NCBI GenBank assembly: GCA_002189035.1
Contig: NEEC01000012.1
Span: forward strand, 2,790,001-2,854,000
Length of the DNA stretch: 64,000 nt
Source of the DNA: Utricularia gibba
Taxonomy: Eukaryota; Plantae; Magnoliophyta
Direction of reading: 5' to 3'
In this document: one piece after another, positions 9,984-22,500 of the stretch
How the letters are laid out: every line of letters begins with the position of its first letter
Numbering within the stretch: position 1 is the first letter of the stretch
Notes under the pieces: model-generated
Told to the model about the DNA's origin: nothing
Databases searched by the model: none
Seen by the model: only the letters and a program-made list of their open reading frames with translations
Translations under genes and position numbers: made by a program

Positions 9984-12900
9984 TCATGCCTTTTTCCTGT
10001 TTCTGATTTTACTGACTCTAACAATCCTCCTGGACTTGTCAGGGCCTCCACTGCCCAAAGAAAAGCTTCCCCCACTTGCATTTAGTTCCAGGTTACCTGA
10101 ACTCTGCTGAAATCCAACTTGATTTTGCTGACCAAAAGAAGCAAACGGATTGGCTTGCGATGGAGGAGTGGATCCGAAGGTGGGAACAGAGGCAGATTGG
10201 GAAGCAGAAGGTTGGCCAAACACGGGAAATACAGGCGCAGATGACTGCACTGGATCTTCTGCCATGCTGTCCTCTTCATGCATTTGATCTCCACTTCCAG
10301 GAGAAGATGTGAAACCACCTGTTAGGGGTTTACCAAATATGGGCGGGGTAATGGGCAGTGATGGTGAAGTTGCAAATGATGATGGACTTGCGGATGAAGT
10401 AAAAACTGAGGCATTAGAGGTGAAGGTAAAAGAGGGTGTGGATGATGCAGCCAAGGGATGTACTGTGGAACCAAAAGAGGGAGATATTTGGCTTTGCAGA
10501 CTGGGGCCAAAGATATTTGAAGAGGCGCTGTTGGAGCTAGCATTGTTTACTCCAGATGACGAAGCTGCAGAAGACCAACCAAATACGCTTGAGATGCCAC
10601 TTGCTGGTGCAGAACCTGAAGAGCCCGCCAAAAAACTGGTTGATGAATTGAATTTGAAAATAGGGGCAGCACCACTACTCCCTGCCCCAACAGCCAGAGT
10701 TGAAGAACTAGGATTAGAACTGGTCGCACTACCAGAAAAACCACTGCTGAACTTAAATGGCGTGCCATTTGCATTAGCATCACTTGCATCAGCCTTGGTG
10801 ACAGAAGATGACTGAGCACTATTAGGGGCCGGTGCACCTAGGCCAAAAGGAGAAGTTGATGTACTAGAACCAAATATAGTGCTCCCACTGAAAACCTGCG
10901 AACTGGGCAAAGAACTAGAATGGGTGTTGATTGAAGGCAATGATGAACCAGCATTGACAGATGACCCATGCAAAAAAGTTCCAGCGCCAAATACTGAATT
11001 TTTGAAGGAATCACCAGCGAAGGGAGCCTTGAAAGTGGTGGCATCACCAAGTATAGAGGTGGCTAATCCAGTACTTGCTGCTCCGGCAGCAGGAAACAAA
11101 GACTGAGAACCAATCGGGTCATGAGAACTATGGTTTACCACAGCTTTAGTGCTAAAACCTGATGCTTCTGAAGTTATAGGAGTTGATGATGCTGTGACAG
11201 GAAGAGATCCAGATGACTTTGAAGACTTTTCGGCTGCATGAAAAAGGCTACTTTGAAAGGGAGGCAACGTTCCAGAATTCACAGTGTCCGCACCAGTAGA
11301 TTGAGAGGGTAATCTTAAACTACTTTCTGTCAACTTGATGTCACTGGTAGAAGCAGCATAAAGACCAAAGATGCTGTTCCCAAAGGGCGAGGATGTGCTA
11401 GATTTTACACTGTCTGCAGCACTGGTTGACGAGGAAAATCTGAAACCACTTAATGCTGACTTCTGAGTTATACTACTAGAAGCAGTGACACTAGACAATG
11501 AAGCAGGAGACGCAGAAACAACTTCCTCATTGGCCGGGAGAGGGGTAGTGTCTGGTTTCCCATTTGTGTATGCCTTCGCAGGGCTTAGATGACCATTTAC
11601 TTCCACCTCTGGATTCTTAACTTGTAGACCAGTAGCCGGAAAAATATTGGACAAACTGCAAAGTGAAATAAGAACATCTAATCAGGCAATCACAAGAAAC
11701 TTAAGCTAAGTGCAAGAATCCAGTATTAGTTTACACCGGGATGTGCATTTGACTCGAATATGCTGCTTATTTTTCCCCCAGGGTAACCTTAAACTTTAAA
11801 TTGAATTTTATATAATTAAGATTTGAAACATGTATAGCTTTCAGAAGTGTGTGCCAAACAAAGTTCGCTTTCAAGCGCACAGTAATTGCTTACTGGGGAA
11901 AAAGTACAAAGCACTAACAAAACACATTCAGAATCCCAGAGCAAATGAGAGTATTGCAAGTAATCGCAGTTTTATCAGTAGGAAAAGCAATATCATAGTA
12001 AAAATATTCCCAACAGTGTCTACCTGCTTGGGTTCTCCAGTTTAGATCCTTGAGAAGTATCAAGCTTGGAGCCGAAGCTAAACAATTGATTTGGAAGCTT
12101 ACTTTCCTTCACCAATCCAAATGACGGAGAAGCAGCTCCTGGCAGTGGAGCAGCCAATGGTTTTTCTGATAATGGAAAAGTAATGGAGCTGCCTGAAACA
12201 ATGGAGCTGCCGAGTTCATGTGTTTTCATGAAATTGTTTCCTTCAGGTGGCAACTCTTTATTCACTATTGAAGAAGAATCCCTTATTACTGGTTTTTCTT
12301 GTAAAGATCTAGATGATTCCTGTTCATGAATACAAGCCATTTGAAGCTGAGATTAATTCACCGAAGATTCCACAGATGTGAGCCATAATAAAAAGATCCA
12401 CATACATTAAAGAAGTAAGCTTTTACCTCTTGAGCACTCTTCTTAGAGGTTATCCTCTTAGAAGGCTCAGATTCCCCATTTCCTGAACTTAAACTTGTAG
12501 CTTTTGCTCTGAGCATTGAACTTTTCGACATTGGGGACAACTCATTATTCATATCAGACATCGCTGTACCAAAAGGAGGTAAGGTATCTTTGAGGTTGTT
12601 TTCTTTCTTGTTTTCTGAATTTTGTAAAGCACCATCAGAAGTAGGTAAAGAATGCATTGGCAAGTTCACCGAACTTTTATCCTTCAAATCCAGTGGCAAT
12701 TTCGGCGAGCCAACACCCTCACTGGTTCTGAGAGCCTGTCCAGTACTCTTCGATGATTTTTCCTTCGGGGACAAATTTTCAAGTTGCTGCAATATCTTGG
12801 CTGCAACCTCACTTGACCTGGAGGGAACAGCATAGCTTGTGCTTGGGGCATCAGGCTTTGCATTTTCCAAAGCATTTATAGGGGCATTGCTATTTTGCAT

Positions 12901-15056
12901 ACGCATTGATTCATATTTCTGTTTTCGGTTTGAACCAACACCTTCTACAAAAGGACCACGACGAATCTGAGTAGCCAATAAATTAGGCTTTTGTCTGGTC
13001 CTTCGTATTGAACCAACAATAGCAATACCATCATCATCCACATCTGCACTTCTCCGCTTCAAGTTCTGCAAAATGGAAAAAGCCTCAGGTAAACAAGAAA
13101 AACAATAGGAAAAAATTTCATAAGCCACGGATGAGGCGGGGGTCAGCAGTACCCGTGATCCCAAATCATAATTTTTATCACTCCCCACTGAGTGAAGCAA
13201 TGAGGGTGATGGCACCTTGAGCAAGGAATGACCCCTAGTGTATGGGGTATCAGCTATGTTAGAAATAGCTGATGTACGTCGAGACCTCCGAATTGCAAAA
13301 CCATTTTCAAAAGTTGGAGTACTAACAGAATTCTTCTCAGACAATGGCATTGTAGAGGATTTGAAGTCAAGTGGGGTTTTAGTGGGGAAGCTTGATTCCT
13401 CCCTAGAAAAGTGACGGTGAATTCCTAGCACAGATGGAGAAACTCTCGAAGCTGTTCTGCCCATATAGGCTTTAGCAATTTCAGCAGGGGAAGCAAAATC
13501 ATCTTTAGGCACCTGATTCCAGTTCAAAATTTTGAAAATAAAAAACAGCACATCGTTGAGAAGGATGGTCACACTGCAAAATTTCATAAAATAAAAAAAA
13601 CAAAAAGATGTATCTTACATTGGACTGATGAACAGGAGTCAACACAGAAGGAGGCAACTGAATATCTTCACTTCCATTTTCTGTCACGGGAGGGGTAAAT
13701 TGTTGATGCTCGCCCAAATCTGGTGCAGTATTCTCTCTCTCCTTGGACCCATGACCTAACTCATCTTCTCTCACCTTCGATTGTAGCAGTTCAGTAAGAC
13801 AAACTATTTGAAACCTACAGCAAAGGATCCATTTAATAAGCATTAGAAACAAACAAAAACATACGTGAAAACTAACTAATAGCCATAGCCCTTAAAGCCA
13901 TTACCTTGTAAACGTACACTGCTTCAATAGCTGCTCAAGTTCAGAGATTCCACTGCTACTGGAATCCTTAACTGGATGGCTACGTTCATCAGCAACAGGC
14001 TCCTCTGGAACACGCTCATCCTTTTACCATGAAAATAAAGAAAAGTTTAACAAATATTTAGAAGTAGAGAAATAAAATGTGAAAAAAAATACTGGGTAGA
14101 CAGAAGGACTTCTGGAATGATACCAAAGAACAGAAACAATCTGATAACACATTATCACGCCAAATTTCAAGAGATGCTGAGAAAGGCTATCTTTTTGTAG
14201 CCTCTAAAATCCAGATATCGGCTATCGTACATAGGAGATGACAGAACAAGTGAGATAACAACCGTACTGATCTACAACTTCACATCAAGAAATATGACGC
14301 CTGTAGTTAAATCATATGATAAAAAAGGAAAAACAGATGAACTTACTTTTAAAACGTCTCGCCGCACTCCATCATTTATGTACTGGCTCTCCTCTGAGAA
14401 AAAGGAATGCATGCAACATAAGCGAAAAGAGTAAGCCAGGTCAACTAAGGTGTCAACAGCTTCTTAAACAGATGAACAAGGTTAGTAATTGAAAGAATAC
14501 GATTGAGAATCAACAAATCTACCAACAAAGGACAACACCATTAAGGCATTCGAATTGTAACGTTACAAGGCTCGATGTACGCAGGTAAAAAAATCAATAA
14601 AATTGAGTAAGCGAAATAGGAAAAAAAAAGGCTACTTTTAAACATTCAAAAACTAATCTCCTTCGCCTCATTTGTCCACAAGGAAAAAGAAAATCGCTGT
14701 CGTTTCCTGATCAACTAGAACCCGCTCTCTCTACACAAAAAAAACATTTTTTCCGGAAACAAAATATAACCTGGTTGCTGTGGAGGCGCCGGTGCCGGGA
14801 GGCGTTTGCGGAATACCGAGGCGAATAAACGGTCTGCCCCATAAGAGATCAATTTTACCGCAGGGTCGACGAAAATCTTCGTCAACCAGCCGGCAGATTT
14901 CTGGTCATTTCCTCGAGGAGCACCAGGCGGGCGATCGTACGGAGTCGCTTGTCGGCGAAACGCCTTCCTCCGGAACTTCCCTCCCGCTCCAGTGCCACCA
15001 TAAGAAGTCTGTCGATTACCGGTGGCGATGAGCTTGCCTTTCTCCGCCGTCTCCAT
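9984..15056 (-). CDS. NUP1: Nuclear pore complex protein NUP1/NUP136-like, multi-exon
   Basis: N-terminus GAGGKFRRKAFRRQATPYDRP, SPAEIAKAYMG motif, LKRRSADVDDD..VGSIRRTRQK, a Ser-rich F/G repeat region (PFKFSSGF, PIFKFNS, FG dipeptides) and a basic C-terminus GGSFSLGSGG.DKSRRIVRVSK. Spliced exons span 15056-14771 down to 11655-9984. Confidence 0.88.
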
Positions 15057-15122
15057 ACGTCCGATTCCAAAGTCCTCGCGGAAGAAAAGAAAAAACGATA
15101 GAGAAATAACCAATTGCGAGAA

Positions 15123-15131
15123 TTAGGGTTT
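15123..15131 (-). promoter_or_regulatory. Telo-box (AAACCCTAA) in the NUP1 5' region
   Basis: TTAGGGTTT on + strand, about 70 bp upstream of the NUP1 ATG. Confidence 0.5.
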
Positions 15132-15390
15132 TATTCAAGAGAGAGATGAGGGACCAGATGATACTATCCATCTATTTTCTAGTGCCCCAATACTAATTAA
15201 TTTAATATAAATTATTTTAAATATCAATATGAATCCAAGTTCAAGAACCCTAAAATTTCCAAACCTCACACCATCGTAACCCTTTTCCAGAGCCCATTTC
15301 GGAAAGAAATTATAATTTAATTCATAAATAATTTGGAAAGCATCTTCATTTGTGATTTATTGAAAGTGCATTTTCGTCAAGGTTGCCTCT

Positions 15391-15441
15391 ATCCCACATC
15401 GGAAGTGAAAAACATCTTTTTAAAAACTGTAGACTACAAAA
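15391..15441 (+). promoter_or_regulatory. snRNA promoter: USE plus degenerate TATA
   Basis: ATCCCACATCG at 15391-15401 matches the plant USE consensus RTCCCACATCG. It lies about 70 bp upstream of the U2 start, with TACAAAA at about -30, i.e. Pol II snRNA spacing. Confidence 0.85.
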
Positions 15442-15468
15442 GAAGCTGGGCTATGCTCCTGAAGACTC

Positions 15469-15664
15469 ATACCTTTCTCGGCCTTTTGGCTAAGATCAAG
15501 TGTAGTATCTGTTCTTATCAGTTTAATATCTGATACGTGGGCCAATGGCCCACACGATATTAAATTAATTTTTTCTTGGGGGAAGCCCAATGGATTAGCT
15601 TGCTAGTCCGGGCTTCCGCGCGTCGTCCTTGCGTTGCACTACTGCTCGGGCCCGGCGCACCCCT
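15469..15664 (+). ncRNA. U2: U2 spliceosomal snRNA
   Basis: Starts ATACCTTTCTCGGCCTTTTGGCTAAGATCAAGTGTAGTATCTGTTCTTATCAGTTTAATATCTGATA. Branch-point pairing GTAGTA at 15502-15507, stem IIb GTGGGCC..GGCCCAC, U-rich Sm region at 15567-15579 and loop IV TTGCACTA. About 196 nt, with a USE upstream. Confidence 0.97.
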
Positions 15665-15752
15665 CCCAAGTCAAGTCCCAATTTCAACATCATCTGGCAA
15701 TAGGCTAAGAACAGGACATTTTAAGGCTTAGGAGAGTAGTAGTAATAGCAGC

Positions 15753-18099
15753 TCACCTAAAACTAGGAAGGGCTTTTGGTCGTCTTTTTGCTTTCGCCAG
15801 GCCAAGCTTAAAGCTTCTTCGTTGGGCCAAATTACCACGCCTGTGACGTTGTTGGATCAAGTGCCACCAACGTGACTTGTTCAAAGTCATGTTCCTTCGT
15901 AACTGACCATTAGTTAAATCGGCAGCATCTTCTCCTCCGGTCTTCGATCTCCAAACATGCCTCATTGCACCTCCCATCAGTTCACGGAAGTGAGAATGCT
16001 GATTATTTCCTGGCACGATCAAGGATCTTCTCGTCTTTTCAACTGCCTCGTCTTCATGTCTTCGATTTTGCTTGTGTGAGGATGAGTTGGAGTTGGTCAC
16101 CTTCTCATGGTGGTTGTCACTGCCTTGGCGTTGATGGTGATGGTGATGGTGGTGGTGGTGGTGATGATGATGATGATGATGATGGTGGAAAATAACCGCC
16201 AGCCTGTCCTTCATCCTCTTCCACATCCCCCCTGCTTTCTTATGCTTTGCTCTTTTACCTCTAGATGTTCTGCTAGGACCCCGGCTTGTAGCTTTTGCTG
16301 TTGTACCACGACCCCGTGTCTGAATGGCCGGATACGGCACCTTGATGTGGCTGCCGTTGCTGCTGGATGTTGTCGCTTCATAAGCAGTGTCATCACTAGA
16401 TGACGTGTACGCCTCGCCACCAGTGTTGCTTGTATAGCTGCTATATCGACTCCCAGATGATGGAGAAGAGTAGTGGCGAAGGCCACTACGGCTGTTCATA
16501 TCTGAAATCGCCCCATAGTTTTCGCGGTCACTACTGCTGACCTGACAACTCCTCCAGGGAGAGGAGTATGAGTTTGTTGCAGAATCTTCTGATTCTTGTT
16601 CCTTGAGAGACGCTCTTGCATTATATGCGGAATTTGTATTCCTTGGAGCTCGAACCTTGTGCTGCTGCATCACACCATGAGCTTCGGTTGTGTATCCTGA
16701 ATTAAGAAACACCGGGACCAAAATTTAGAACTTGAAATCTTTTACTTTTGAAAAACTTAGTCATGTCTCACGCTTGCCTTTATCAGAGTCCTTGCATCTG
16801 CTGAGTGTATCCTTCGGCATGCTACTCTTATACACAGTGTCCATTTCTGAAGCTGTTGCAAAAGTCTCCCCAAATAAGGATTATTTTCCAATGCCCCATA
16901 TGAAGTGGTGGCATTATAAGGATTCTTAACAGCCCTGCGGTCCTGAGATGCGTTACAGCTTGTTATCCAGTTTCCAGACCCTGCGATGCACTTGAGCTTA
17001 TGTCCACTAGCAGGATCCATTGTCTGCGGCAAGGTGCTCGGGTCTCCTATGACTTCAGATGGATCAGCTCTTGAAACTGAGCATCTATGTGAGATTGAGG
17101 TCGGTTGTATCATCATGGTTTTATTTGGGAGAACCACCTTGGACTTGTACACCTGATTCTTCATCTCTTCCACTGTCATATTGGGAAACTGAAGCACCGG
17201 GTAGCCAACCACACCGACAACTTCGTTGCTGCTCTTCACATTAGCTGCAGAATTACCCTCAAGCATTCGCAATTGATCAGCTTGTTTTTGAAGTGCAGAA
17301 ATACAGAGTTCAATATGCTCAATTGTCCCTTGTATAGACTTTGCTTCCGTATTGCTCAAAAGAGAGAGCGGCTGCTTCCCCTTTCCGTTCTGTGATTCAT
17401 CTTCAGAGGAATGTGGTATCCTTGAATGTTCCTGCTTGGTTTTCTGAACAGAAAATCCAGGTACGTACTGGTTCTTTCGATGACCATCAAATGCTAACGA
17501 ATTCTGAGTGGTTGTGATTATCGACGGTTCAGGGTGTTTTCCAGTGTCATTTTGGCAGACTCTGCATCGTCTCTTTCTCTTATCAGCCACATTTGAAGCC
17601 TGCTTCTCAACCATTACATCCTTATTACTCATGGGCAAATCAAATGTTTTGCCTTCATATGAATTAGTGCCTTGTTGCTTGCGAGAAGGAGAAGATATCT
17701 CAGATGCTTCTGTTTGGATTCCGAACATCTGCTGTGGTTCATAAACCAGTACCCCTGTTAGACAAACGCTGCATATGTCCTCCATTTATCTGATTTTCTT
17801 AACACTGACAGGAAAAAAGAGGGAACATAGTACCTTGCATACATTGAGAATCTTTCTAGATTCTGCATCTAAAATATTCTTCAACACAACCCGCGCATGA
17901 TCATCCAACTATTTCACAAACGAATCGAACAGAAAGAAAAATCACTCCGAGTCTCGTTCTGCAGGCAAATCAAAGAGTAAACACGCAAGTATTATACCAG
18001 TGCAGATATCGTCCTAGGCGCCAAACTCCCAACATTTTGCAGGAGACCGTATAGTCTTTTTAACGCATTAAGGTCCGATTGCAAGGCCCCCGAATCCAT
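15753..18099 (-). CDS. KOKOPELLI-like protein with poly-His tract (tentative), about 4 exons, one inferred frameshift
   Basis: Exon 1 MDSGALQSDLNALKRLYGLL and exon 2 LDDHARVVLKNILD, plus a late motif WKRMKDRLAVIF(H)18, resemble what I recall of KOKOPELLI-family proteins. Exons 18099-17998, 17908-17834, ~17733-16770 and ~16697-15753. Joining the last two needs one extra G at 16868-16871. Confidence 0.5.
16134..16187 (-). repeat. CAT/CAC trinucleotide repeat encoding 18 consecutive His
   Basis: 18 ATG/GTG triplets on + strand, which are CAT/CAC codons on - strand. Confidence 0.95.
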
Positions 18100-18608
18100 G
18101 AAATCTGAGAGAGAAAAAAAAAGATGAAAAAAGCCTGGGAGATCATACAACGAACAAAAGTATAGACGTCTCTGCGAAGTCGCATCCTTGGAACAGTCGC
18201 ATTCACTCGCCATACGCAGTTTCTTCCAAATTTAGTAGGACGAAAATCAAAGAGTAAACTCTTCCAAATTGCGAAACCTAAACCACACTACACTGCATTT
18301 CCACTTTGTTCCGATGGACTCTCGGAGCATTCCAGATTACGAGAAACTGAAACCTATGAACATGATCCAACAACAACAATCAAGTAAATGCAAATTCTAA
18401 TCCATACCTCAAATCCGACCGTAAACTCCACACCGGAAACGAAACACATCCTGGGCGGGAAATAGGAACCGTCAGTTACCAGAAACGCAGAAAGGAAATG
18501 CCGTTAGCTTTTTATATTTCCTTTCGCTTCATTTAAAATAATATACAGATAGATCAGATACGATCATGATATCATCTGATTATGGAAATATCTCCCTCCA
18601 AGCAAGCC

Positions 18609-18616
18609 TATAAATA
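18609..18616 (+). promoter_or_regulatory. TATA box of the phytocyanin gene
   Basis: CCTATAAATAGG about 55 bp upstream of ATG 18670. Confidence 0.65.
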
Positions 18617-18669
18617 GGAGGCGGTTTGTGTTCTCCTGCAACATCTCTTCCTGTATTCATTCACCCACC

Positions 18670-19171
18670 ATGTCTCCTGCGGTCATCTTCCTCGTTGCTG
18701 CGGCGATCTCTATGGCGGCGAGCGGTGAAGCAAAGGTTTTCACGGTGGGCGGCGACTCCGGGTGGACAAGCATCAACATCACTGCTGATTTTTACAGCAA
18801 CTGGGCCGCCGTTCAGGATTTCAGCGCCGGGGACACCCTGCTGTTCATGTACTACAGCAACTACCACAACGTGGTTCGTGTCAGCAGCAGGAATTTCCAC
18901 CTGCAACGCGACGGAGGCCCTCTCCGTGTGGGCTACCGGGAACGACTCCTTCCGCATTCCGCGCCCGGGCAATTTCTACTTCGTGTGCGCCATGCCTGGG
19001 CACTGCGAGGCTGGCCAGAAGCTCGCCGTTCAGGTCTCTGGCTCCCCGTCACCAGTCCTTCCTCCGGCGAACTCCCCGTCGCCGTCGTCTCAGAGAAGTG
19101 ATAGCGCGAGCTCCGCCGTCGCATTATGGAAACTTGGGGTCGCCGCTGCCTTTGCCGTGTTGTCTGTTTAG
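18670..19171 (+). CDS. Phytocyanin (stellacyanin/mavicyanin-type blue copper protein, GPI-anchored), one apparent frameshift
   Basis: Signal peptide, FTVGGDSGW, WAAVQDFSAGDTLLF and HNVV, then in a shifted frame CNAT..GND..YFVCAMPGHCEAGQKL (Cu ligands H, C, H and axial Q), a Pro/Ser linker and a hydrophobic GPI tail. Frame break at about 18897-18900. Confidence 0.88.
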
Positions 19172-19529
19172 GGTGTCGTAGTGTCTGTTTGGAGTCTTTA
19201 CCTTCAAAAGGTTACTTTGTTCACACTATCAAAATCCATGGTACCTGCATGCTTGGATGTTGCACCTGCAACATAATATTTCCGGTCCAAAAACATGGGC
19301 ATGCAGCAGCAGCAGCAACGGCTACGTGTATTATACAAATGAGCCTAAAGCTGGTGGTTTGGGTGTAACCGCCAGTAAAAATGGAAGGCGATGCTTCCAG
19401 ATTCTGTCCTTGATTTGCAGTGGTCCTTCCGGGCACTGGAAGGGGCTTCTAACAGACTTCCCACCACATTATTTGCTCTTTTTTGAGTTGTCAAAATGAC
19501 GGGGGCGATGATCTGGGGCTCTTTGGGCG

Positions 19530-22500
19530 TCATGTTTTTGCCCGCTTCAAGTACACCAACACTCCGATGCTCGTCAGGGCGACTGCACCAGCAAGAATTC
19601 CAGTTTTGAGACCAAAAAGACTGGCTTTTCTTGGTTCTGTAGCGGTTGAAGTCTCGGGGGATGGTGTTTCTTGGTGTTGGCTTGAGGACGAGGACGAGGA
19701 GCATAGATGCAGCCTGAGAACCTGGTAGATAGGTATTTCAACAATAAGCGATCAGTAAAATGAATACGAGCAACTTTATTTTATCCTAAAAAGCTAGAGA
19801 ATATGAATAAGAATTATCTAGGCTTAAGATATTGCATCTGTCCATACCTTTAGCCCCGCTGATCTTGCATTGCTTACAGCACCAATAAGGTCATCATCGG
19901 TTGTCAGAAGAACTTTGTCACCTTCATCATCTTCATACTGCAAACGGTGGCACGAAAGAAAAGTGGCTCTTGTAAATAGGTGTTTTTTTAAAAGATTCCA
20001 TAGTTTTAAATCAAGAAAAGATCATCACAGACCAGAAGTTGAGGGTGATTGGCACAATCACCAGCACGCTGCATAACAGCTGAAACGAGCTCGGATAGAC
20101 TATCACAACCTGAAAAAGAGAGCATAAGGTGTGGAAAAATTACAATAACAGCAGCATATGCTCATTTGACAGCCGGAGAATTCACTACAAAGTTACCAAA
20201 TGTAGAAAGTGTCTTTTCAAATGATATACTTACCAAAATTCAATCTGTGGACACGCCCTTTATGATCTTCGAACTTGAAAGAAAATGCATTCCCAAGGCC
20301 AAGAGAAGGATATGCGGGTTTTGAATTTTCCGGCTCATATCCCGTATATTGCGACATTGACATATCACTGCACAGCAGAGCTAGTTGAGCAATAGTGAAA
20401 CAAATACAGATATCTTTTTTATTGGAACATGTGGAAAGAAAACCTGTGTGTGTCAAAATCATCTGGTGGCTCCAAATTTAGAGCCGAATCCCAGAACTTT
20501 TGCATTACTGTGTTAGCAACGTCATTAACAGTCTCAGAACTATTATCAACCTAAAAGAAAAAAATTAATATTATTATGTGAAAGATTTAATTAACCACCA
20601 TCACGTCAAAATGGTTTATACACATGAAAGAAACAACAAAACCTAGCATATTGGTCCCACAATGACAAAATAGAATATTGGTCCCAGAACAAAAAGTAAT
20701 CTCAACATCAGCATAATCATACAAACAAAAAATACCATTGAGATTGCTGCATTAGTTATATCCAGCACATCCAAGCAGGCAATAACATTTCCATCTGCCA
20801 TTAAATAGCTTAAGCAATGAGGCATCAGAATGACATGATTGGATGATGAACAAACAGAGCACGAGACCAAACCTTTTTCTATCACAGGAAGGTGTAAGAA
20901 TTTCGCATCATGCATTACATGCAGTGCTTCAAGGATAGTTGTCTCAGCAGTCGCACATTCAGGATTAGGGGTCATAACCTACAGGCCATCAGTTGCATCA
21001 GAAGTGATCTGTAGCTCAAGGTTTACATGTTCAGCTACTTTAAAAGAAAATAATTCAATATTTACAAAAAGGTAGTTCACTTAACGGAAAATTACAATTA
21101 TACCAACAAAGAAACATTGTACATCCCTTAATATAAGGAAATCTAGTATAACCTTTTCTACTGGAGTCAGCTCAGGGGTAGATTTGCAGCTACAACACGC
21201 ATCAGTACATCTCGTGAGCTGCAATGGTTCAAAAGATAGAGAAATGATATGAGCATTTGATAGTCACATAATATAAGTCAGCAAAAGTTTTCCAGAATTT
21301 GAGAGAAAAATGGCATTAAGAATTACGTGAGGATCCCCTGAATCTTGTCCCCTGACATGACCAGGACGGAATTAACCCTTGAATCCCGCATCCTTTTAGC
21401 AGCAACCTGAACAGGATCTGAAGGTAATACAGTTGCAACCCTGAAGAAGCAGTGATATGAGCGGATTACAGAAATGGCAAACAAAAGTAAGAAGAGCATG
21501 CGAGACACATGACAGTATAAGAGAATATTCAACCTTGAACCTTCAGGAATAATAGAGGATAAAGAAGGCTTGAACATGCGCTCCCTCAGTGTCTCAATAA
21601 AAGCTGATGGGGCTGAAATACAGAAGGGCGCCATATATGGCATCAAAACATAAACATGCGCTACAACAGATGAGAGTTTGGAAGTTAATGTATATGGCAT
21701 AAACATAAACATGCGCTACAATTTATATGGCATCAGGATTTCCCCTTGCTTCTTTCATGCATATTTGAAGTTAATGTTCAAAGTATTTGCTAAGAGTTAC
21801 AGATGAGAGTTTGGAAGTTGACAATAACCATTAAAATTGCTTCCAAATTGACGTTCAACCCCTTCAACTGCAGCTGCAATGGCACTCCCATGCTCTGCAG
21901 CCTTTTCCATTCTTGATATGGCATCATAGAGGCATTTTGTGATATCTAGCATCGCAATAACTTCACCATTCTCGACAACTGGAAGGTGCCGGAACTTCCC
22001 TGATAATGATACGAGTGTTAATGTGTGGCTCATGAGTTTCTTCTAGATCCTATATGGACCATGGTTGTGCCAAAAAATTATAACTTCCAACTAATACACA
22101 ATATACACAGAAAAAGGCATGCATGCAAACCTTTGACCATCTTCTGCAGTGCTTCAATAGCCAAAGATTCTGAAGCCACAAAAATTGGGTTCCTTGTCAT
22201 CACTTTAGAAATAGCTGTCTGATCTGGTCTCAGCTCCTCAGCAATGACCCTGATTGCTATGTCCTAAACATGGAAAGGGAATTAAAGCGGTTTCAAGGAT
22301 TTCTTTCTAGATTTCCTTTCAGTTTTACATTTTCTGGATTAAATAAAAGCAGAAAGAACGACTTGAATACTGAACTTCCTATCTATATGTACACCTAAGC
22401 ATTTTAGCAATTAGTTCCTGCAAATGCTTTAGGGCAACTATGCATTAACAAAAACCACATGATTCCATTAAGACATAGAAAAAATAAACATCAAGTAAGT

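Noticed and set aside
15537-15553. GTGGGCC..GGCCCAC as site II promoter elements
   Set aside because: It is stem-loop IIb inside the U2 snRNA.
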